From Escherichia coli (GTDB taxonomy: Bacteria > Pseudomonadota > Gammaproteobacteria > Enterobacterales > Enterobacteriaceae), in assembly GCF_003334385.1 (NCBI RefSeq), contig NZ_QOWN01000057.1: a stretch of DNA of 27,513 bases. One strand, given 5' to 3'. Both the position numbers and the translations under genes were made by a program. How positions within the stretch are numbered: the stretch's first letter is position 1; the number at the start of each line of letters is the position of its first letter. Of this stretch, positions 9,026 to 20,638 are shown one piece after another. The notes beneath the pieces are model-generated. The model ran no database searches. It saw only the letters and a program-made list of their open reading frames with translations, and had not been told where the DNA came from.

Positions 9026-10048
9026 ATGTCTACGATGAATGTTTTAATTTGCCAGCAGCCGAAAGAATTAGTCTGGAAACAACGCGAGATACCTATTCCG
9101 GGTGACAATGAAGCATTAATAAAAATTAAGTCTGTCGGGATTTGCGGTACCGATATTCATGCCTGGGGTGGAAATCAACCATTTTTTAGTTATCCACGGG
9201 TTTTAGGCCATGAAATATGTGGGGAGATTGTTGGGCTGGGTAAAAATATTGCAAATCTTAAAAATGGACAGCAAGTAGCGGTGATCCCTTATGTTGCCTG
9301 TCAGCAATGCCCGGCGTGTAAAAGCGGGCGTACCAATTGCTGTGAAAAAATTTCAGTCATTGGCGTGCATCAGGATGGCGGTTTTAGTGAGTATTTGAGC
9401 GTGCCGGTGGCGAACATTTTGCCCGCAGATGGTATTGACCCGCAGGCGGCAGCATTGATTGAACCTTTCGCTATTAGCGCTCATGCGGTACGTCGCGCAG
9501 CCATTGCTCCCGGCGAGCAGGTGCTGGTGGTCGGGGCGGGGCCAATCGGTCTGGGCGCGGCGGCAATCGCTAAAGCCGATGGCGCACAGGTGGTGGTGGC
9601 GGATACCAGTCCGGCGCGCCGTGAACATGTGGCAACGCGTCTGGAGTTGCCCGTGCTGGACCCATCAGCCGAAGATTTTGACGCGCAGCTGCGGGCGCAG
9701 TTTGGTGGTTCTCTGGCGCAGAAAGTGATCGACGCGACAGGTAATCAACATGCGATGAATAACACCGTGAATCTGATTCGTCACGGCGGCACGGTGGTAT
9801 TTGTCGGTCTGTTTAAAGGTGAGTTGCAGTTCTCCGATCCAGAATTCCATAAAAAAGAAACGACGATGATGGGTAGCCGCAACGCCACGCCGGAAGATTT
9901 CGCTAAAGTCGGTCGACTGATGGCGGAAGGGAAAATCACTGCCGACATGATGTTAACCCATCGCTACCCGTTCGCCACGCTGGCAGAAACCTACGAGCGT
10001 GATGTGATTAACAATCGTGAGTTGATTAAGGGTGTAATTACTTTCTGA
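9026..10048 (+). CDS. lgoD: Zn-dependent L-galactonate-5-dehydrogenase (MDR family)
   Basis: GxGxxG Rossmann motif VVGAGPIGLG and a Cys/His-rich zinc region. Start trimmed from 9011 to MSTMNVLICQQ... (340 aa) to match my recollection of K-12. Confidence 0.85.
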   Translation: MSTMNVLICQQPKELVWKQREIPIPGDNEALIKIKSVGICGTDIHAWGGNQPFFSYPRVLGHEICGEIVGLGKNIANLKNGQQVAVIPYVACQQCPACKSGRTNCCEKISVIGVHQDGGFSEYLSVPVANILPADGIDPQAAALIEPFAISAHAVRRAAIAPGEQVLVVGAGPIGLGAAAIAKADGAQVVVADTSPARREHVATRLELPVLDPSAEDFDAQLRAQFGGSLAQKVIDATGNQHAMNNTVNLIRHGGTVVFVGLFKGELQFSDPEFHKKETTMMGSRNATPEDFAKVGRLMAEGKITADMMLTHRYPFATLAETYERDVINNRELIKGVITF

Positions 10049-10074
10049 TAAGGCGAGATTATTAAAGTTGCCAT

Positions 10075-10110
10075 GCAGCGTCCGGGGAAGTGTTGGGCGC
10101 TGTTTTTTTT
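10075..10110 (+). terminator. Rho-independent terminator candidate after lgoD
   Basis: Imperfect GC stem (cagcgtcc...gggcgctg) followed by a run of eight T at 10103-10110. Confidence 0.5.
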
Positions 10111-10143
10111 CTGTTTCTCAATGATGTTTTGTAGGCCGGAGAA

Positions 10144-10178
10144 GATGTGTAGGTCGCACCTTATGCGACCTACACATC
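10144..10178. repeat. REP-like perfect 15-bp inverted repeat (gatgtgtaggtcgca / tgcgacctacacatc)
   Basis: Perfect palindrome with a 5-nt loop between convergent lgoD and opgB, preceded by a gtaggccgga motif typical of REP elements. Confidence 0.5.
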
Positions 10179-10187
10179 AGTCAGAAA

Positions 10188-12479
10188 TTACCCTTCACGT
10201 TCCACAACTTTAATTTCCACCATGCCGATCCCGAGCTTACGCGGCGAGTGTCCGAGGATATTCCCTTCGTTGGTTGAGACAGGTTCCGGCGGCACAATTA
10301 CCAGTGTGTCGGCATCGGTTGGGTTATCGAAATGCAGTGTGGTGGTGGTCACTTCATTGCCCAGCACAAGAGTTTTTTCTTCATTGCCTACGCGTACCGG
10401 AATAGGACGGCTGGCGTTATTGCCGTATGCTTTGGCGGTAATCACCAGGTCAAATTTCTTCGGCAGCGGATGCTTGTACTCGATTTTTACTTCATCGCCC
10501 AGCTGCGCGTTGGACCAGCGGCCCCACGACTCTGGACGGGAAATCCCACTAAACTGTTTCACCTCTTCTGGCGCACCGGCGACGTTGAAGATGAAACTGT
10601 CGGCTTTGTAGCGAATATCGTTATCAACAATTTTCAGCGTATCGACATTGCCTTTATAACGCGCCATGTCGATGACCGTATCTTTAAATGCCGTTTTGCC
10701 CTGCCATGTTGTTTTGTCAACATGCTGAACAATTTGCTGACCGCCAAGCTGCCCTTGCGAGACACACCAGTCGGTGGAGAGTGCCAGTTCCGGAGCCCAG
10801 AGTTGTGCCATCTTATAGCAACGGTCAACCCAGACGAAATTGTCGCGTGGAGCGAAATCGGCCAGCTGGAAACGCAGCGGTGCTGAGTATTCGCTTTCCG
10901 GCAGCGGTTCCACGCGTTTGTCTGAAACCCGCAACAGCAGCGGCAAACGGAAATGGCTACCCGAGAAGGCAATCATGTTTTTCTGCTGGTCGATGGTGAA
11001 CTCTTTCATCTCTTTAGGGAATTTCCACAGGCGGATGATATCTGGCTTCCACGCCAATGTTTTCTCTTTGATATTGAGGAAGATTTCCGACATCGACTGC
11101 CCGGATAAACTGCTACGACCAAGTCCGAGATAGTTATCGCCACCGAGAATGTCCAGCACCGTCGCGCCGTTATCCATCGTGTTACGCTTCACTGCCAGCG
11201 TCTCTTGCTGCGGCTTGTCGCCACGAATGACAAAAAACAGGTTATTGCGATCCTGCTTATTGAGGTATTTCCACGCCGTGTTGTTCATCGCTAAATGGTC
11301 AGAAGAGACGACGATGACAGTATCTTTAAACCACGGTGACGCTTTGATTTTGTTGATAAACGTCGCGATATTCTCCTGGCTGCAACTTACCGCGCTGAAT
11401 GACTGATTCGGTTTACCGTCAAAATCATATTTTTTGCGGTTACAGGTACGAGAAATAAAACCATCCGGGTGATGGGTATCGACTGTCAGGGTAAACAGTG
11501 AGAATCGCTGACCTGAGCGGGAAAGCTCTTCAAACTTTTTCCACGCTTCATCGAGAACGGTATCGTCGTAGAATCCCCAGTCGTTGCGATAGTGCGGGTC
11601 GGCTACCACGCTTTTCAGCTCTTCTGAGCCGTATAAGTGGTCGAAGCCGTGCGATTTCAGGAACACATCTTTACCGGCAAAACGCAGATTTGCGCCCTGC
11701 ACGAAATAGTTCTGATAACCCGAGTTTTTCAGGATATCGCCCAGACAGATGTTCTGCGGGAAGAAGCTGGAGACAGAGGCGGAGGCGTTGCCTTCAAAGG
11801 GGGCAAACAGCGGTATGCCGCACTGAGAAGCCACCATGCCCGCAATCGTGTAATCCGTTCCTGGCAGCTGCTGCGTGTGGCTGAAATCCAGGCCTTCATT
11901 TTTCAACGCGCCCAGTTCAGGCGTGAGATCCGGGAAAGCCTCGTTATCAAAATAGGTCCGCTCGAGACTTTCGCCGTAGATATAAACCAGGTTGAGTTTC
12001 GGGTCAGGGATAGTTTTCGACGGCTCTTTATAATAAGCCGCAAAGTCCGGGTCGCCATCGCGTGACTGGGATTTCACCAGTTCCGTTATCTGACGAAATG
12101 CCGGGCTGGCGTCCACCGAACCCAGCGCCAGTAAGAGCGCCAGCAGGCTGTAACCAAAATGGTGCGGATGATGGCGACGACGGCGCAGGATCCAGCCCAG
12201 CGCACCGAACACCGCTGTCAGCCCCAGCACAATGCCGATACCCGGCAGGATGTATTTGCTGACGCCAGCACCGGTCAGGCTGTTGGTTAAGGTATAGAGA
12301 ACCGCGTCGTTAATACCATCGCCAGTAAAATAGTCGCTGGCAAACAGGGTGATATTTAAAACGACAAATAGCCCCAGCACTGTTAATGTGGCTGCAAACC
12401 ACCAGGTGTTACGTCCCGCTTTCCATGCGTAAATCAGCACAGAGGCGAGAAAAAGGGCGAAAGAGAGTAGTTCTGACAA
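10188..12479 (-). CDS. opgB: Phosphoglycerol transferase I (OPG biosynthesis, sulfatase-type domain)
   Basis: 763-aa ORF with an N-terminal membrane anchor and a large periplasmic domain, in the K-12 mdoB/opgB position. Confidence 0.9.
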   Translation of the reverse strand: MSELLSFALFLASVLIYAWKAGRNTWWFAATLTVLGLFVVLNITLFASDYFTGDGINDAVLYTLTNSLTGAGVSKYILPGIGIVLGLTAVFGALGWILRRRRHHPHHFGYSLLALLLALGSVDASPAFRQITELVKSQSRDGDPDFAAYYKEPSKTIPDPKLNLVYIYGESLERTYFDNEAFPDLTPELGALKNEGLDFSHTQQLPGTDYTIAGMVASQCGIPLFAPFEGNASASVSSFFPQNICLGDILKNSGYQNYFVQGANLRFAGKDVFLKSHGFDHLYGSEELKSVVADPHYRNDWGFYDDTVLDEAWKKFEELSRSGQRFSLFTLTVDTHHPDGFISRTCNRKKYDFDGKPNQSFSAVSCSQENIATFINKIKASPWFKDTVIVVSSDHLAMNNTAWKYLNKQDRNNLFFVIRGDKPQQETLAVKRNTMDNGATVLDILGGDNYLGLGRSSLSGQSMSEIFLNIKEKTLAWKPDIIRLWKFPKEMKEFTIDQQKNMIAFSGSHFRLPLLLRVSDKRVEPLPESEYSAPLRFQLADFAPRDNFVWVDRCYKMAQLWAPELALSTDWCVSQGQLGGQQIVQHVDKTTWQGKTAFKDTVIDMARYKGNVDTLKIVDNDIRYKADSFIFNVAGAPEEVKQFSGISRPESWGRWSNAQLGDEVKIEYKHPLPKKFDLVITAKAYGNNASRPIPVRVGNEEKTLVLGNEVTTTTLHFDNPTDADTLVIVPPEPVSTNEGNILGHSPRKLGIGMVEIKVVEREG

Positions 12480-12732
12480 CGGGCGATCCTCACTAAACCG
12501 GGCTGTTTAGCCAACGTTTAAGCTTTTTGAGAAGCACAATGTAATGGCGTCGCCATATTGCTGCAATTCTAGTGTCAAAAAAATGCGATGTTGTTAGGAA
12601 TTAGTTTATAAACAGACTTTTTTGATCGCGGTCGCTTCCCGTGTAACAGGGGGAAAACCGTCCAGGAGCAGGGAAAAGGGCAGGAGAGAGCCGCGTCAGC
12701 CGGGTAACAGCTAAAACGCGGCGTTTCGCGGT

Positions 12733-13230
12733 TCAGGAAATGAAGTTCAGCCCCTGCTTTAACACCAGATCGCAGGCTTTGGTTTTCACCTTTTCTGCCA
12801 GCGGAGTCGTTCCGATGTTATCCAGATTGAGTTGCTGACCATCTTTGGTTTTCAGCAAACCCTGAATGCCATCCAGATAGTTGGTGTCTTCTTTTTGTTC
12901 TTCACTGTTCAGGCCCAGCTTTTCCAGCACCTGGTTCTTGATGTTTTCGGCATCGGTTACCGAAGCCAGCTTTTGCTTCGCGCAGTATTGCAGAATGCCT
13001 GCGGCGTTGTTCATGTTATCTGCGCTTAAGGCCTGGTTCCCGCTGCTAAGCAAGTTAGTTAATGACGCGAGCGACCAACCGCCTTCCTGTGTCGTGCTGT
13101 TTTGGTTGCCAAGTTCGCTGGCGGCGCTGGAGAGCGCATCTTTCCAGGACGCAGCATGCACCCCGGTGGAAATTAATGCGCTGGCGGCAATGGCACAGCA
13201 CAGAAGGTGTTTAACAGTTTTCATCATCAT
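12733..13230 (-). CDS. yjjA: YjjA, secreted DUF2501-type protein
   Basis: Signal-peptide-like N-terminus (MKTVKHLLCCAIAASALISTGVHA). Start ambiguous among three consecutive ATG codons. Confidence 0.8.
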   Translation of the reverse strand: MMMKTVKHLLCCAIAASALISTGVHAASWKDALSSAASELGNQNSTTQEGGWSLASLTNLLSSGNQALSADNMNNAAGILQYCAKQKLASVTDAENIKNQVLEKLGLNSEEQKEDTNYLDGIQGLLKTKDGQQLNLDNIGTTPLAEKVKTKACDLVLKQGLNFIS

Positions 13231-13275
13231 TACTCAAGGTGGAATTGTGTCGCAGTATACCGCCAGAAACGGGGA

Positions 13276-14013
13276 TTAATACTCTTTACCTGTTACCCGG
13301 CTACGGTAGCTATCCCAGTTGAAGATCACCCATAAACTGTTACCCAGGCGCATACGGTCCATCACGCGTTCGCCCAGCAACTTGGTCATCTCTTCCATAT
13401 TACTGTTGGTCAGCATCCCGGTTGGGCGTTTGGAAGAAGAGCGGCGATCGACGATCTGGTTGATGATCACTTTTTCGTATTTCGATTCGGTCTGCACGCC
13501 GATCTCATCGATCACCAGCAGATCAACGTTGCTCAGATCGTTAAGCAGTTGTTCTTCGCTGGTACCGCTATTCCTGAAGGTATCTTTCATCGCCGACATA
13601 ATATCGGCCACGGTGATGATCAATACGGATTTACCGCGTAGCAGCAGCTCGTTGCAGATTGCCGCCGCCAGATGGTTTTTGCCGGTTCCTGGCTTACCAG
13701 AAAAGATGAAGCTGGCGATGTTGCCGTCAAACTCTTCGACATACTGGCGCGCTTTGCTTAACGCATTCATCTGCCCTTCACACTCAACGCGATAGTTCTC
13801 AAAGGAGCAGTTCTGATGCAGTGGACGAATACCGGAGCGGTTAAAGGTGCGCTGCATTTTCATCGCCCGATTTTCACGTTCGAGAGCGGCGGAGCGGATC
13901 GCCCCTTGTTCTTTCTGCCAGGCCAGTAGCTCTTCACCCGTTTTGAATGCAGGTTTGATATGGGCAGGCATCATTTTTTGCAGGCGTTGCATCAGGTCGC
14001 CAACGTTTTTCAT
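13276..14013 (-). CDS. dnaC: DNA replication helicase loader DnaC
   Basis: 245 aa, Walker A GKPGTGKNHLA, conserved synteny directly downstream of dnaT. Confidence 0.95.
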   Translation of the reverse strand: MKNVGDLMQRLQKMMPAHIKPAFKTGEELLAWQKEQGAIRSAALERENRAMKMQRTFNRSGIRPLHQNCSFENYRVECEGQMNALSKARQYVEEFDGNIASFIFSGKPGTGKNHLAAAICNELLLRGKSVLIITVADIMSAMKDTFRNSGTSEEQLLNDLSNVDLLVIDEIGVQTESKYEKVIINQIVDRRSSSKRPTGMLTNSNMEEMTKLLGERVMDRMRLGNSLWVIFNWDSYRSRVTGKEY

Positions 14014-14015
14014 CG

Positions 14016-14555
14016 TTACCCTCTGAATCCTGGTGGAATTTGGCTGTCAGGTTCGCTGACCGTATTCACATCTCGTTTCGGCAGTCCGCCGTTGCTGGCA
14101 CGTCCGATTTGCAGGCTGCGCGCCAGTTTTTGTTGCCACTGCACATGGTGAAAAACTTTACCTTCCGCCTGCCAGTAGGCAATGAATGAGGCCAGTTCTT
14201 CGGTGGTCACCGGTTCTCTTAGTGCCACGCCCCATAGAGCAGCCAGGCGGATAAAGTCGGCATCGGGTTGCCAGTCCGGATACATGGCAAATTTCCCCAT
14301 TGGTACAGCAACGGGAGCGGCTTGCGGTTCCTGATAGAGTTGATCGTCCAGAGCGACATCGCTTCCCGGACGCGCCAGCTTTTCTTCCAGTGCCAGCAGT
14401 TCAGCCAGGCGTGCAGGCGTGACGGCATAAAACGCCGGGGCATTGTTAGCAAATACGGCAACCACACCGCCTTCAGCTTTTGCCAGAACGGTTTGGTGAT
14501 CGTGTACCAGGGCGTCAATACCAACGACGTCCGGGGTCAAAACTCTGGAAGACAT
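14016..14555 (-). CDS. dnaT: Primosomal protein DnaT
   Basis: Start trimmed to [17 protein letters not shown]... (179 aa); the stop lies 2 nt upstream of the dnaC start. Confidence 0.9.
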
Positions 14556-14662
14556 ACTGTTTCTCAAATATGGAACGATGAACGAGAAGGGAGATAACTT
14601 TTATAGTAACACACGGAGGAGAGGAGGCTGTCTCTCATCCGCGTGCTTTAAGCGAGGCAATT

Positions 14663-15136
14663 TTATACGCGAGGGCGCTTGCGGTACAACCATAATCCAG
14701 GAATGGAAAGACCGATGGATAACGCACCAACAATCGATGAAGCTGTAAGAAAGTTGGTTAATAGGGTAATCATCAACGGTTCGCTGTAACCTAACTGGCT
14801 GATTTTTACCGCCGAAATCATTGCGGTATAAGCCGATATGCCCGGAAACATGGGGATAACGGCCGCCACGGTAAACACTTTCGGATGCGCCAGATACCAG
14901 CGCGACCATTGAATACCAATGGTGCCGACCAGCATAGAGGCCATAAAGGTTGACCACTCAATATTCAGCCCGCTGGTCATCAAGATCATTCGGGAACCAT
15001 GACCTATCGAGCCAAGCAGCGCACACCAGCGTAACGCCCGCACGGGAACGTTGAACACCATCGCAAAGCCGACCGCAGGAATGGCGGCGAGGATCATATC
15101 CTGCGCCAACGCTAACAGAAATTCGATCACACCCAT
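14663..15136 (-). CDS. yjjB: YjjB, membrane protein (ThrE-family C-terminal half; YjjPB putative exporter)
   Basis: Hydrophobic 157-aa product starting [16 protein letters not shown]...; overlaps the 3' end of yjjP by about 10 nt. Confidence 0.85.
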
Positions 15137-15897
15137 CCGCGTAGCCCCCAAATCGTCAGTGCCATCACTACGCCGACGCAGGTAGCCAGTGTCAGCAGAC
15201 TGGCGATCGCCCAGCGTGCCAGTCCGGTATTGATGTGGCCTTTAAACATATCGGCGACGGCATTAATCAACGGAAAGCCCGGCACCAGCAGCAGAACGCT
15301 GGCGGCCATCGCAATGGTGGGGGTATTGCTGAAAGTGGGGAGTTGCAAAAGCAATCCGGAAATGGTGGTGGCGGCGAAAGCGGTAAGGCAAAAGTTGATT
15401 TGTGGATGAAGATGACGTTGTGCCAGCAGCTGGCGGATATACATCGCGGCCGTACTGGCAAAGAAGGTGATGACGGCACCATCCCAGCCACCTTTATTGA
15501 GTTTACAGAAACAGGCACAAGAAAGGCCAACCATTAAGGCTACCAGCCATCTTGGGTAACGTAATGGCTGAATTTGGCTAAATCGTTTCTCTACGCCTTT
15601 GTAATCCAGCAGATGGTGCTCCGCCAGAATCACAATGTGCTGGACTTCAGTCACCACATGCATATTAATGCCGCGATCGTGATTTTTACGTGTCGATGTC
15701 AGGCATTGCCCATCTTTAATGGTTGTCAGCACTATGGCGTTCGAAGAGATAGAACTTTCGACGCTGTCCATCCCCAACGCCCGACCCAGTCGTGAGGAAA
15801 GCTCATCAACCAACGCGCTTTCCGCACCATGTTGCAAAAGAAATAATCCACACTGGATACAAAGCCGTGTTACGGCTCGCTGTTGCTCAGTTTGCAT
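15127..15897 (-). CDS. yjjP: YjjP, membrane protein (ThrE-family N-terminal half)
   Basis: Start placed at [12 protein letters not shown]... (256 aa); the track ORF extends to 15960 and that start cannot be excluded. Confidence 0.8.
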
Positions 15898-15960
15898 AAC
15901 TCGCCCTTTGTCATAGACGTGCTGCGTATTGTTCAGATAATGAGAATCCATTTGTATCAT

Positions 15961-16515
15961 GAAGCACGGTTGTTTTGCGGTAGGTTAAGATCAAAATTGC
16001 GCTGATTAATCCTGGTTATCGGGAGAAGTTCGGTGATAAAAAGCGAATTATCTCTCGCCGCAAACAAATTATCACATGAATATTATCACCATAATGAATT
16101 TATTGTTTGGCCTTTACGAATCAGGATAATAGATAACTGGGCGCGTTTTTTAATGCCAACAAGTTAAAACAATCAGATTTTATTGAATAAATATTGGTTG
16201 TGTGATTTTGCATTTTGCGGGAAGAGGTATCATTGAATTATAAATTAAATGAATGATATTTCTGTTTTTCATTAAGTATTTCTAACAACTTAATGTAGAT
16301 ATTTTAAATGTCTCCAGGCTATTTCACCAGGTTATCATTTGATGCTAACCTTCTGACACATGCAGTGGAGTTGTTGTGCAGCAGGAGTATGCTGATATGA
16401 AAGTGAATGCTAAGGATAATTTATTCGCTTAATCTATTAATTTGCTGGAAACATTTAAGGAATGAATATCCTGAATAAACCATCATGATTTTTAGACAGT
16501 GGATGTGGAGGAAAT
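15961..16515. promoter_or_regulatory. AT-rich intergenic region upstream of the yjjQ-bglJ operon
   Basis: Roughly 550 bp, strongly AT-rich with A/T tracts and no credible ORF; in K-12 this region is H-NS-silenced and LeuO-activated. Confidence 0.5.
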
Positions 16516-17241
16516 ATGTTGCCAGGATACTGCAAAAATGGAATTGTTATCAGTAAAATACCTGTTATGCAAGCAGGGTTAAAAGAGGTCATGAGGACTC
16601 ACTTCCCTGAATATGAAATAATATCCAGCGCCTCTGCGGAGGACCTTACCTTATTACAATTACGTCGTTCCGGATTAGTCATTGCTGATTTAGCCGGTGA
16701 AAGTGAAGATCCACGTTCTGTTTGTGAACATTATTATTCTTTAATCTCACAATATCGGGAAATTCACTGGGTTTTCATGGTGTCACGCTCCTGGTATTCC
16801 CAGGCAGTAGAACTGCTCATGTGCCCTACGGCGACGTTATTGTCTGATGTTGAACCCATTGAGAATCTGGTCAAGACCGTACGTTCCGGCAATACGCACG
16901 CAGAGCGTATCAGCGCCATGCTGACCTCCCCGGCAATGACTGAAACTCATGATTTTAGCTATCGCTCCGTCATTCTCACTCTTTCAGAGCGCAAGGTACT
17001 GCGGCTATTAGGTAAAGGATGGGGCATCAACCAGATAGCTTCATTGCTTAAGAAAAGTAATAAAACTATCAGCGCCCAAAAAAACAGTGCGATGCGTCGA
17101 CTGGCAATTCACAGCAACGCTGAAATGTATGCATGGATAAATAGCGCGCAGGGTGCAAGAGAACTTAACTTGCCTTCTGTTTATGGAGATGCCGCAGAAT
17201 GGAACACAGCCGAATTAAGAAGAGAAATGTCGCACTCATAG
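16516..17241 (+). CDS. yjjQ: LuxR/FixJ-family transcriptional regulator YjjQ
   Basis: 241 aa with a C-terminal LuxR-type HTH ([41 protein letters not shown]). Confidence 0.85.
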   Translation: MLPGYCKNGIVISKIPVMQAGLKEVMRTHFPEYEIISSASAEDLTLLQLRRSGLVIADLAGESEDPRSVCEHYYSLISQYREIHWVFMVSRSWYSQAVELLMCPTATLLSDVEPIENLVKTVRSGNTHAERISAMLTSPAMTETHDFSYRSVILTLSERKVLRLLGKGWGINQIASLLKKSNKTISAQKNSAMRRLAIHSNAEMYAWINSAQGARELNLPSVYGDAAEWNTAELRREMSHS

Positions 17242-17876
17242 AAAAATGCGTCATGAGTAGTATCGGTATTGAGAGTTTATTCAGAAAGTTTGCGGGCAAC
17301 CCTTATAAGCTCCATACCTATACCAGTCAGGAGTCATTTCAGGATGCCATGTCGCGGATCTCGTTTGCGGCGGTCATTTTTTCTTTTTCTGCCATGAGAA
17401 GTGAGCGCAGAGAGGGATTATCTTGCCTGACTGAACTGGCGATTAAGTTTCCGCGTACCCGGCGTTTAGTTATTGCGGATGATGATATTGAAGCTCGGCT
17501 GATTGGTTCATTGTCGCCATCACCGCTGGACGGTGTATTAAGTAAAGCGTCAACGCTGGAGATTTTTCATCAGGAACTCTTTTTGTCATTAAATGGTGTA
17601 CGTCAGGCGACCGACCGACTGAACAATCAGTGGTACATTAACCAAAGCCGGACGCTAAGCCCGACGGAGAGAGAAATATTGCGCTTTATGTCGCGTGGCT
17701 ACTCAATGACACAAATTGCCGAGCAGCTTAAACGCAATATCAAAACGATCCGCGCGCATAAATTTAATGTGATGTCGAAGCTGGGCGTCAGTTCTGATGC
17801 AGGATTGTTGGAGGCCGCAGATATTCTGTTATGTATGCGGCATTGCGAAGCAAGTAATGTGTTGCATCCCTATTAA
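17199..17876 (+). CDS. bglJ: LuxR-family transcriptional activator BglJ
   Basis: 225 aa with a C-terminal LuxR-type HTH ([43 protein letters not shown]); overlaps the yjjQ 3' end by 43 nt in a different frame. Confidence 0.85.
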   Translation: MEHSRIKKRNVALIEKCVMSSIGIESLFRKFAGNPYKLHTYTSQESFQDAMSRISFAAVIFSFSAMRSERREGLSCLTELAIKFPRTRRLVIADDDIEARLIGSLSPSPLDGVLSKASTLEIFHQELFLSLNGVRQATDRLNNQWYINQSRTLSPTEREILRFMSRGYSMTQIAEQLKRNIKTIRAHKFNVMSKLGVSSDAGLLEAADILLCMRHCEASNVLHPY

Positions 17877-17886
17877 TCCGCATGAT

Positions 17887-17906
17887 GCCGGGTTTACTTC
17901 CCCGGC
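17887..17906. terminator. Hairpin (gccggg-N8-cccggc) between convergent bglJ and fhuF
   Basis: 6-bp GC stem followed by a T-containing tract. Confidence 0.4.
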
Positions 17907-17913
17907 AGTGCTT

Positions 17914-18702
17914 TCATTTCAGCGTACAATCGCCACATTGCTGCACATCCGGTAAGCGATAACGCTGGCAGCAAGTGCGGCGCACCAGCAGGCCGTCGCG
18001 CAGTACCACGGTACGCCAGAGTGGATTATCTTCACCGTTCGTGAGCGTTTTCTCAAAAAAGATGGCATGGCGCAGCGATTCAACCGTCGCCTCGCCGAGC
18101 AGTTGCTTCATCTCAGTGAGATACCAGTTGATCAAATAACCGGTATTACTCCAGATAAGTTTGCCGTTGATCTCTCCGGTCGCTTCTAGTGCCTGCACAA
18201 CCGGAACCAGCGCCTGGCTGATTAACGTTTCCATTCGCTGCTGCGGCGAATGTGGTGTTGCGTTTTTATCTTCACACACATCGACCCAGAAACAGGCGGC
18301 ACGGCCGGTTTCGTGAAACTCAGCATGGAAATGTTCCGGCGACACATCTAATGCTTTTTCCTGCGTCAGTAGCGCCAGCATTAATGGTGGCACCATCAGG
18401 CCGATATACCATTGTGCCCATAGTGAGATCAGCGGTTTGTTCTCGCGGATCATCGTTGGTTGGTTGCGATAGATATGATCGGAATAGACCTCGAGTAGAG
18501 AACTTAGCGCATTCGGTGATGACCATTGCGCCAGCGTCATGGCGTTAAGCGGAGCGGGTTCATCCAGGCGGATAAACTCCAGCAAATGTTCACGATGTTC
18601 GGCGATCGTCGCACGTACGGCTTGTGCAAGCCCAGCATCCTGTGGCTGGAGATGCGTTCGCCAGATGATATCTTCATAGAGCGGTGCGAAACGATAGGCC
18701 AT
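17914..18702 (-). CDS. fhuF: Ferric-siderophore reductase FhuF
   Basis: 262 aa with the C-terminal Cys cluster C-C-x10-C-x2-C (RRTCCQRYRLPDVQQCGDCTLK) typical of the FhuF 2Fe-2S motif. Confidence 0.9.
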   Translation of the reverse strand: MAYRFAPLYEDIIWRTHLQPQDAGLAQAVRATIAEHREHLLEFIRLDEPAPLNAMTLAQWSSPNALSSLLEVYSDHIYRNQPTMIRENKPLISLWAQWYIGLMVPPLMLALLTQEKALDVSPEHFHAEFHETGRAACFWVDVCEDKNATPHSPQQRMETLISQALVPVVQALEATGEINGKLIWSNTGYLINWYLTEMKQLLGEATVESLRHAIFFEKTLTNGEDNPLWRTVVLRDGLLVRRTCCQRYRLPDVQQCGDCTLK

Positions 18703-18711
18703 AACCGTGAT

Positions 18712-18832
18712 AGTAATCTAAATGATAATGATTGCTAATCCTAGCGATAGGTTTACCCGATAGCAAGGGATTTCTCTGGCTTGCAAATGATAAAAATTAT
18801 CATATGATATCGGTTATCATTATCAATGAAAG
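18712..18832. promoter_or_regulatory. Cluster of Fur-box-like sequences in the fhuF/yjjZ divergent promoter region
   Basis: aatGATAATGATtgctaatc, aaTGATAAaaATTATCAt and ggTTATCATTATCaatg resemble the Fur consensus GATAATGATAATCATTATC; fhuF is a known Fur-regulon member. Confidence 0.55.
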
Positions 18833-18842
18833 AGATGAAACC

Positions 18843-19079
18843 ATGTTGCAACGTACGCTGGGCAGTGGCTGGGGAGTGTTGCTGCCGGGATTGCTGATTG
18901 CAGGGCTGATGTATGCGGATTTATCGCCGGATCAGTGGCGGATTGTCATTCTGATGGGATTGATATTGACGCCGGTGATGCTGTATCACAAACAGTTACG
19001 GCATTACATTTTGCTACCATCGTGCCTGGCGCTTAGTGCTGGCATCATGCTGATGCTAATGAATTTGAATCAGGGATGA
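18843..19079 (+). CDS. yjjZ: YjjZ, small membrane protein
   Basis: Start trimmed from 18732 to MLQRTLGSGWGVLLPGLLIAG... (78 aa) to match K-12; hydrophobic. Confidence 0.75.
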   Translation: MLQRTLGSGWGVLLPGLLIAGLMYADLSPDQWRIVILMGLILTPVMLYHKQLRHYILLPSCLALSAGIMLMLMNLNQG

Positions 19080-19117
19080 AAAATCAAGGAAGAAACAAGA
19101 AAGGAAGTAAAGATAAT

Positions 19118-19204
19118 TGGTGCGAGGGGGGGGACTTGAACCCCCACGTCCGTAAGGACACTAACACCTGAAGCTAGCGCGTCTACCAATTCCGCCACCT
19201 TCGC
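19118..19204 (-). tRNA. tRNA-Leu (anticodon CAG), 87 nt including CCA
   Basis: The reverse complement reads GCGAAGGTGGCGGAATTGGTAGACGCGCTAGCTTCAGGTGTTAGTGTCCTTACGGACGTGGGGGTTCAAGTCCCCCCCCTCGCACCA: class II tRNA with a long variable arm and a CAG anticodon. Only one copy is present. Confidence 0.95.
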
Positions 19205-19339
19205 ATACCATCAATTCTTAAAAAGAATTGCTACCACGGAGGCGCATTCTAGTGGTTTTCAGCTTTTCGTCAATAGTTAATTATCGCCGGAGGTGTAATT
19301 GCTGGAAAAATGGCCATCAGCGGATTGTGGATAATTCGT

Positions 19340-19495
<156 letters not shown>

Positions 19496-19504
19496 GCGGG
19501 ATAC

Positions 19505-20536
19505 TTAACCTTTTTTCGCCTGGCGGGTCATAATGGCGCGATATACCTTGAAACGCCCGGTTTGCGCAATCACTTCATGGAAGCCAAATGTCTCATCCAG
19601 CACGTCCGGATAAGGCAGGAAGGCGTTCGCTACAATTCGCAGCTCGCCGCCACTATTAAGATGACGCACCGCGCCGCGAATCAGCGTTTGCGCCGCATCC
19701 AGGCTGGTTTGCATCCCATCGTGGAACGGCGGGTTGGAGATGATCATATCAAAACGACCTTTCACCTCGGAAAAGACGTTGCTGGCAAAGACTTCACCTT
19801 CAACACCGTTGGCCGCAAGTGTTGCGCGGCTGGCTTCTACCGCTGGCGCAGAGACATCGCACAAGGTGAGACGAATTTTCGGCGAATGGCGCGCAAAGGC
19901 AACTGAAAGCACACCCGCGCCACAGCCGACATCCAGCACTTTACCTTTCGTGTGCGGGGTTAACGTCGAGAGCAGCAACTGGCTACCGACATCCAGACCG
20001 TCGCGGCTAAACACGCCAGGCAGCGTTTTGACCGTCAGGCCATCGACGCTGTATTCGCCCCAGAATTTATCGGCATCAAATACCGGCTGTTTTTCCAGAC
20101 GACCAAAATAGAGGCCACAGCGACGAGCGCTGTCGACTTTATTCAACGGCGCATAATCTGCCAGCATCTGCTCGGCGCTGCGCACGCCGCTGCGGTTCTC
20201 GCCAACGACAAAAATATCTGTCCCCACTGGCAGCAGAGAAAGTAAATTCATCAACTGGAACTGGGCTTCCGGTTTGTTCTTCGGCCAGTAGTAAATCAGC
20301 GTATCGCAATCTGCGACGTCATCCACCGTGGCGACCAGACTGAAACGGGCGTTATCCCCCATCTGGCGGCTTAATACCTGCCAGTGGTGGAATTGCTGGG
20401 TATGAGCACGGCTGGCCGCGGTATCTAAACGCGCGGGCAGGTCATCCTGTAAGTCTCCGGCAAACAGAATACGGCTTTGTTCGAAATCATCACTGTGACG
20501 CAGCAAGACTTCACTTGCCGGGGTAAATGCAGACAT
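19505..20536 (-). CDS. rsmC: 16S rRNA m2G1207 methyltransferase
   Basis: 343 aa with a SAM-binding motif [11 protein letters not shown] and an NPPFH catalytic motif. Confidence 0.9.
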   Translation of the reverse strand: MSAFTPASEVLLRHSDDFEQSRILFAGDLQDDLPARLDTAASRAHTQQFHHWQVLSRQMGDNARFSLVATVDDVADCDTLIYYWPKNKPEAQFQLMNLLSLLPVGTDIFVVGENRSGVRSAEQMLADYAPLNKVDSARRCGLYFGRLEKQPVFDADKFWGEYSVDGLTVKTLPGVFSRDGLDVGSQLLLSTLTPHTKGKVLDVGCGAGVLSVAFARHSPKIRLTLCDVSAPAVEASRATLAANGVEGEVFASNVFSEVKGRFDMIISNPPFHDGMQTSLDAAQTLIRGAVRHLNSGGELRIVANAFLPYPDVLDETFGFHEVIAQTGRFKVYRAIMTRQAKKG

Positions 20537-20638
20537 GGAATGCTCCTCAATTGATACTGGCGGCGATTATAGCCATATGTTGGCGCGGTATCGACGAATT
20601 TGCTATATTTGCGCCCCTGACAACAGGAGCGATTCGCT

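Noticed and set aside
10222-11133. Several plus-strand ORFs (129-184 aa) antisense to opgB
   Set aside because: They overlap a well-supported 763-aa gene on the other strand, have no RBS context and show biased, repetitive composition.
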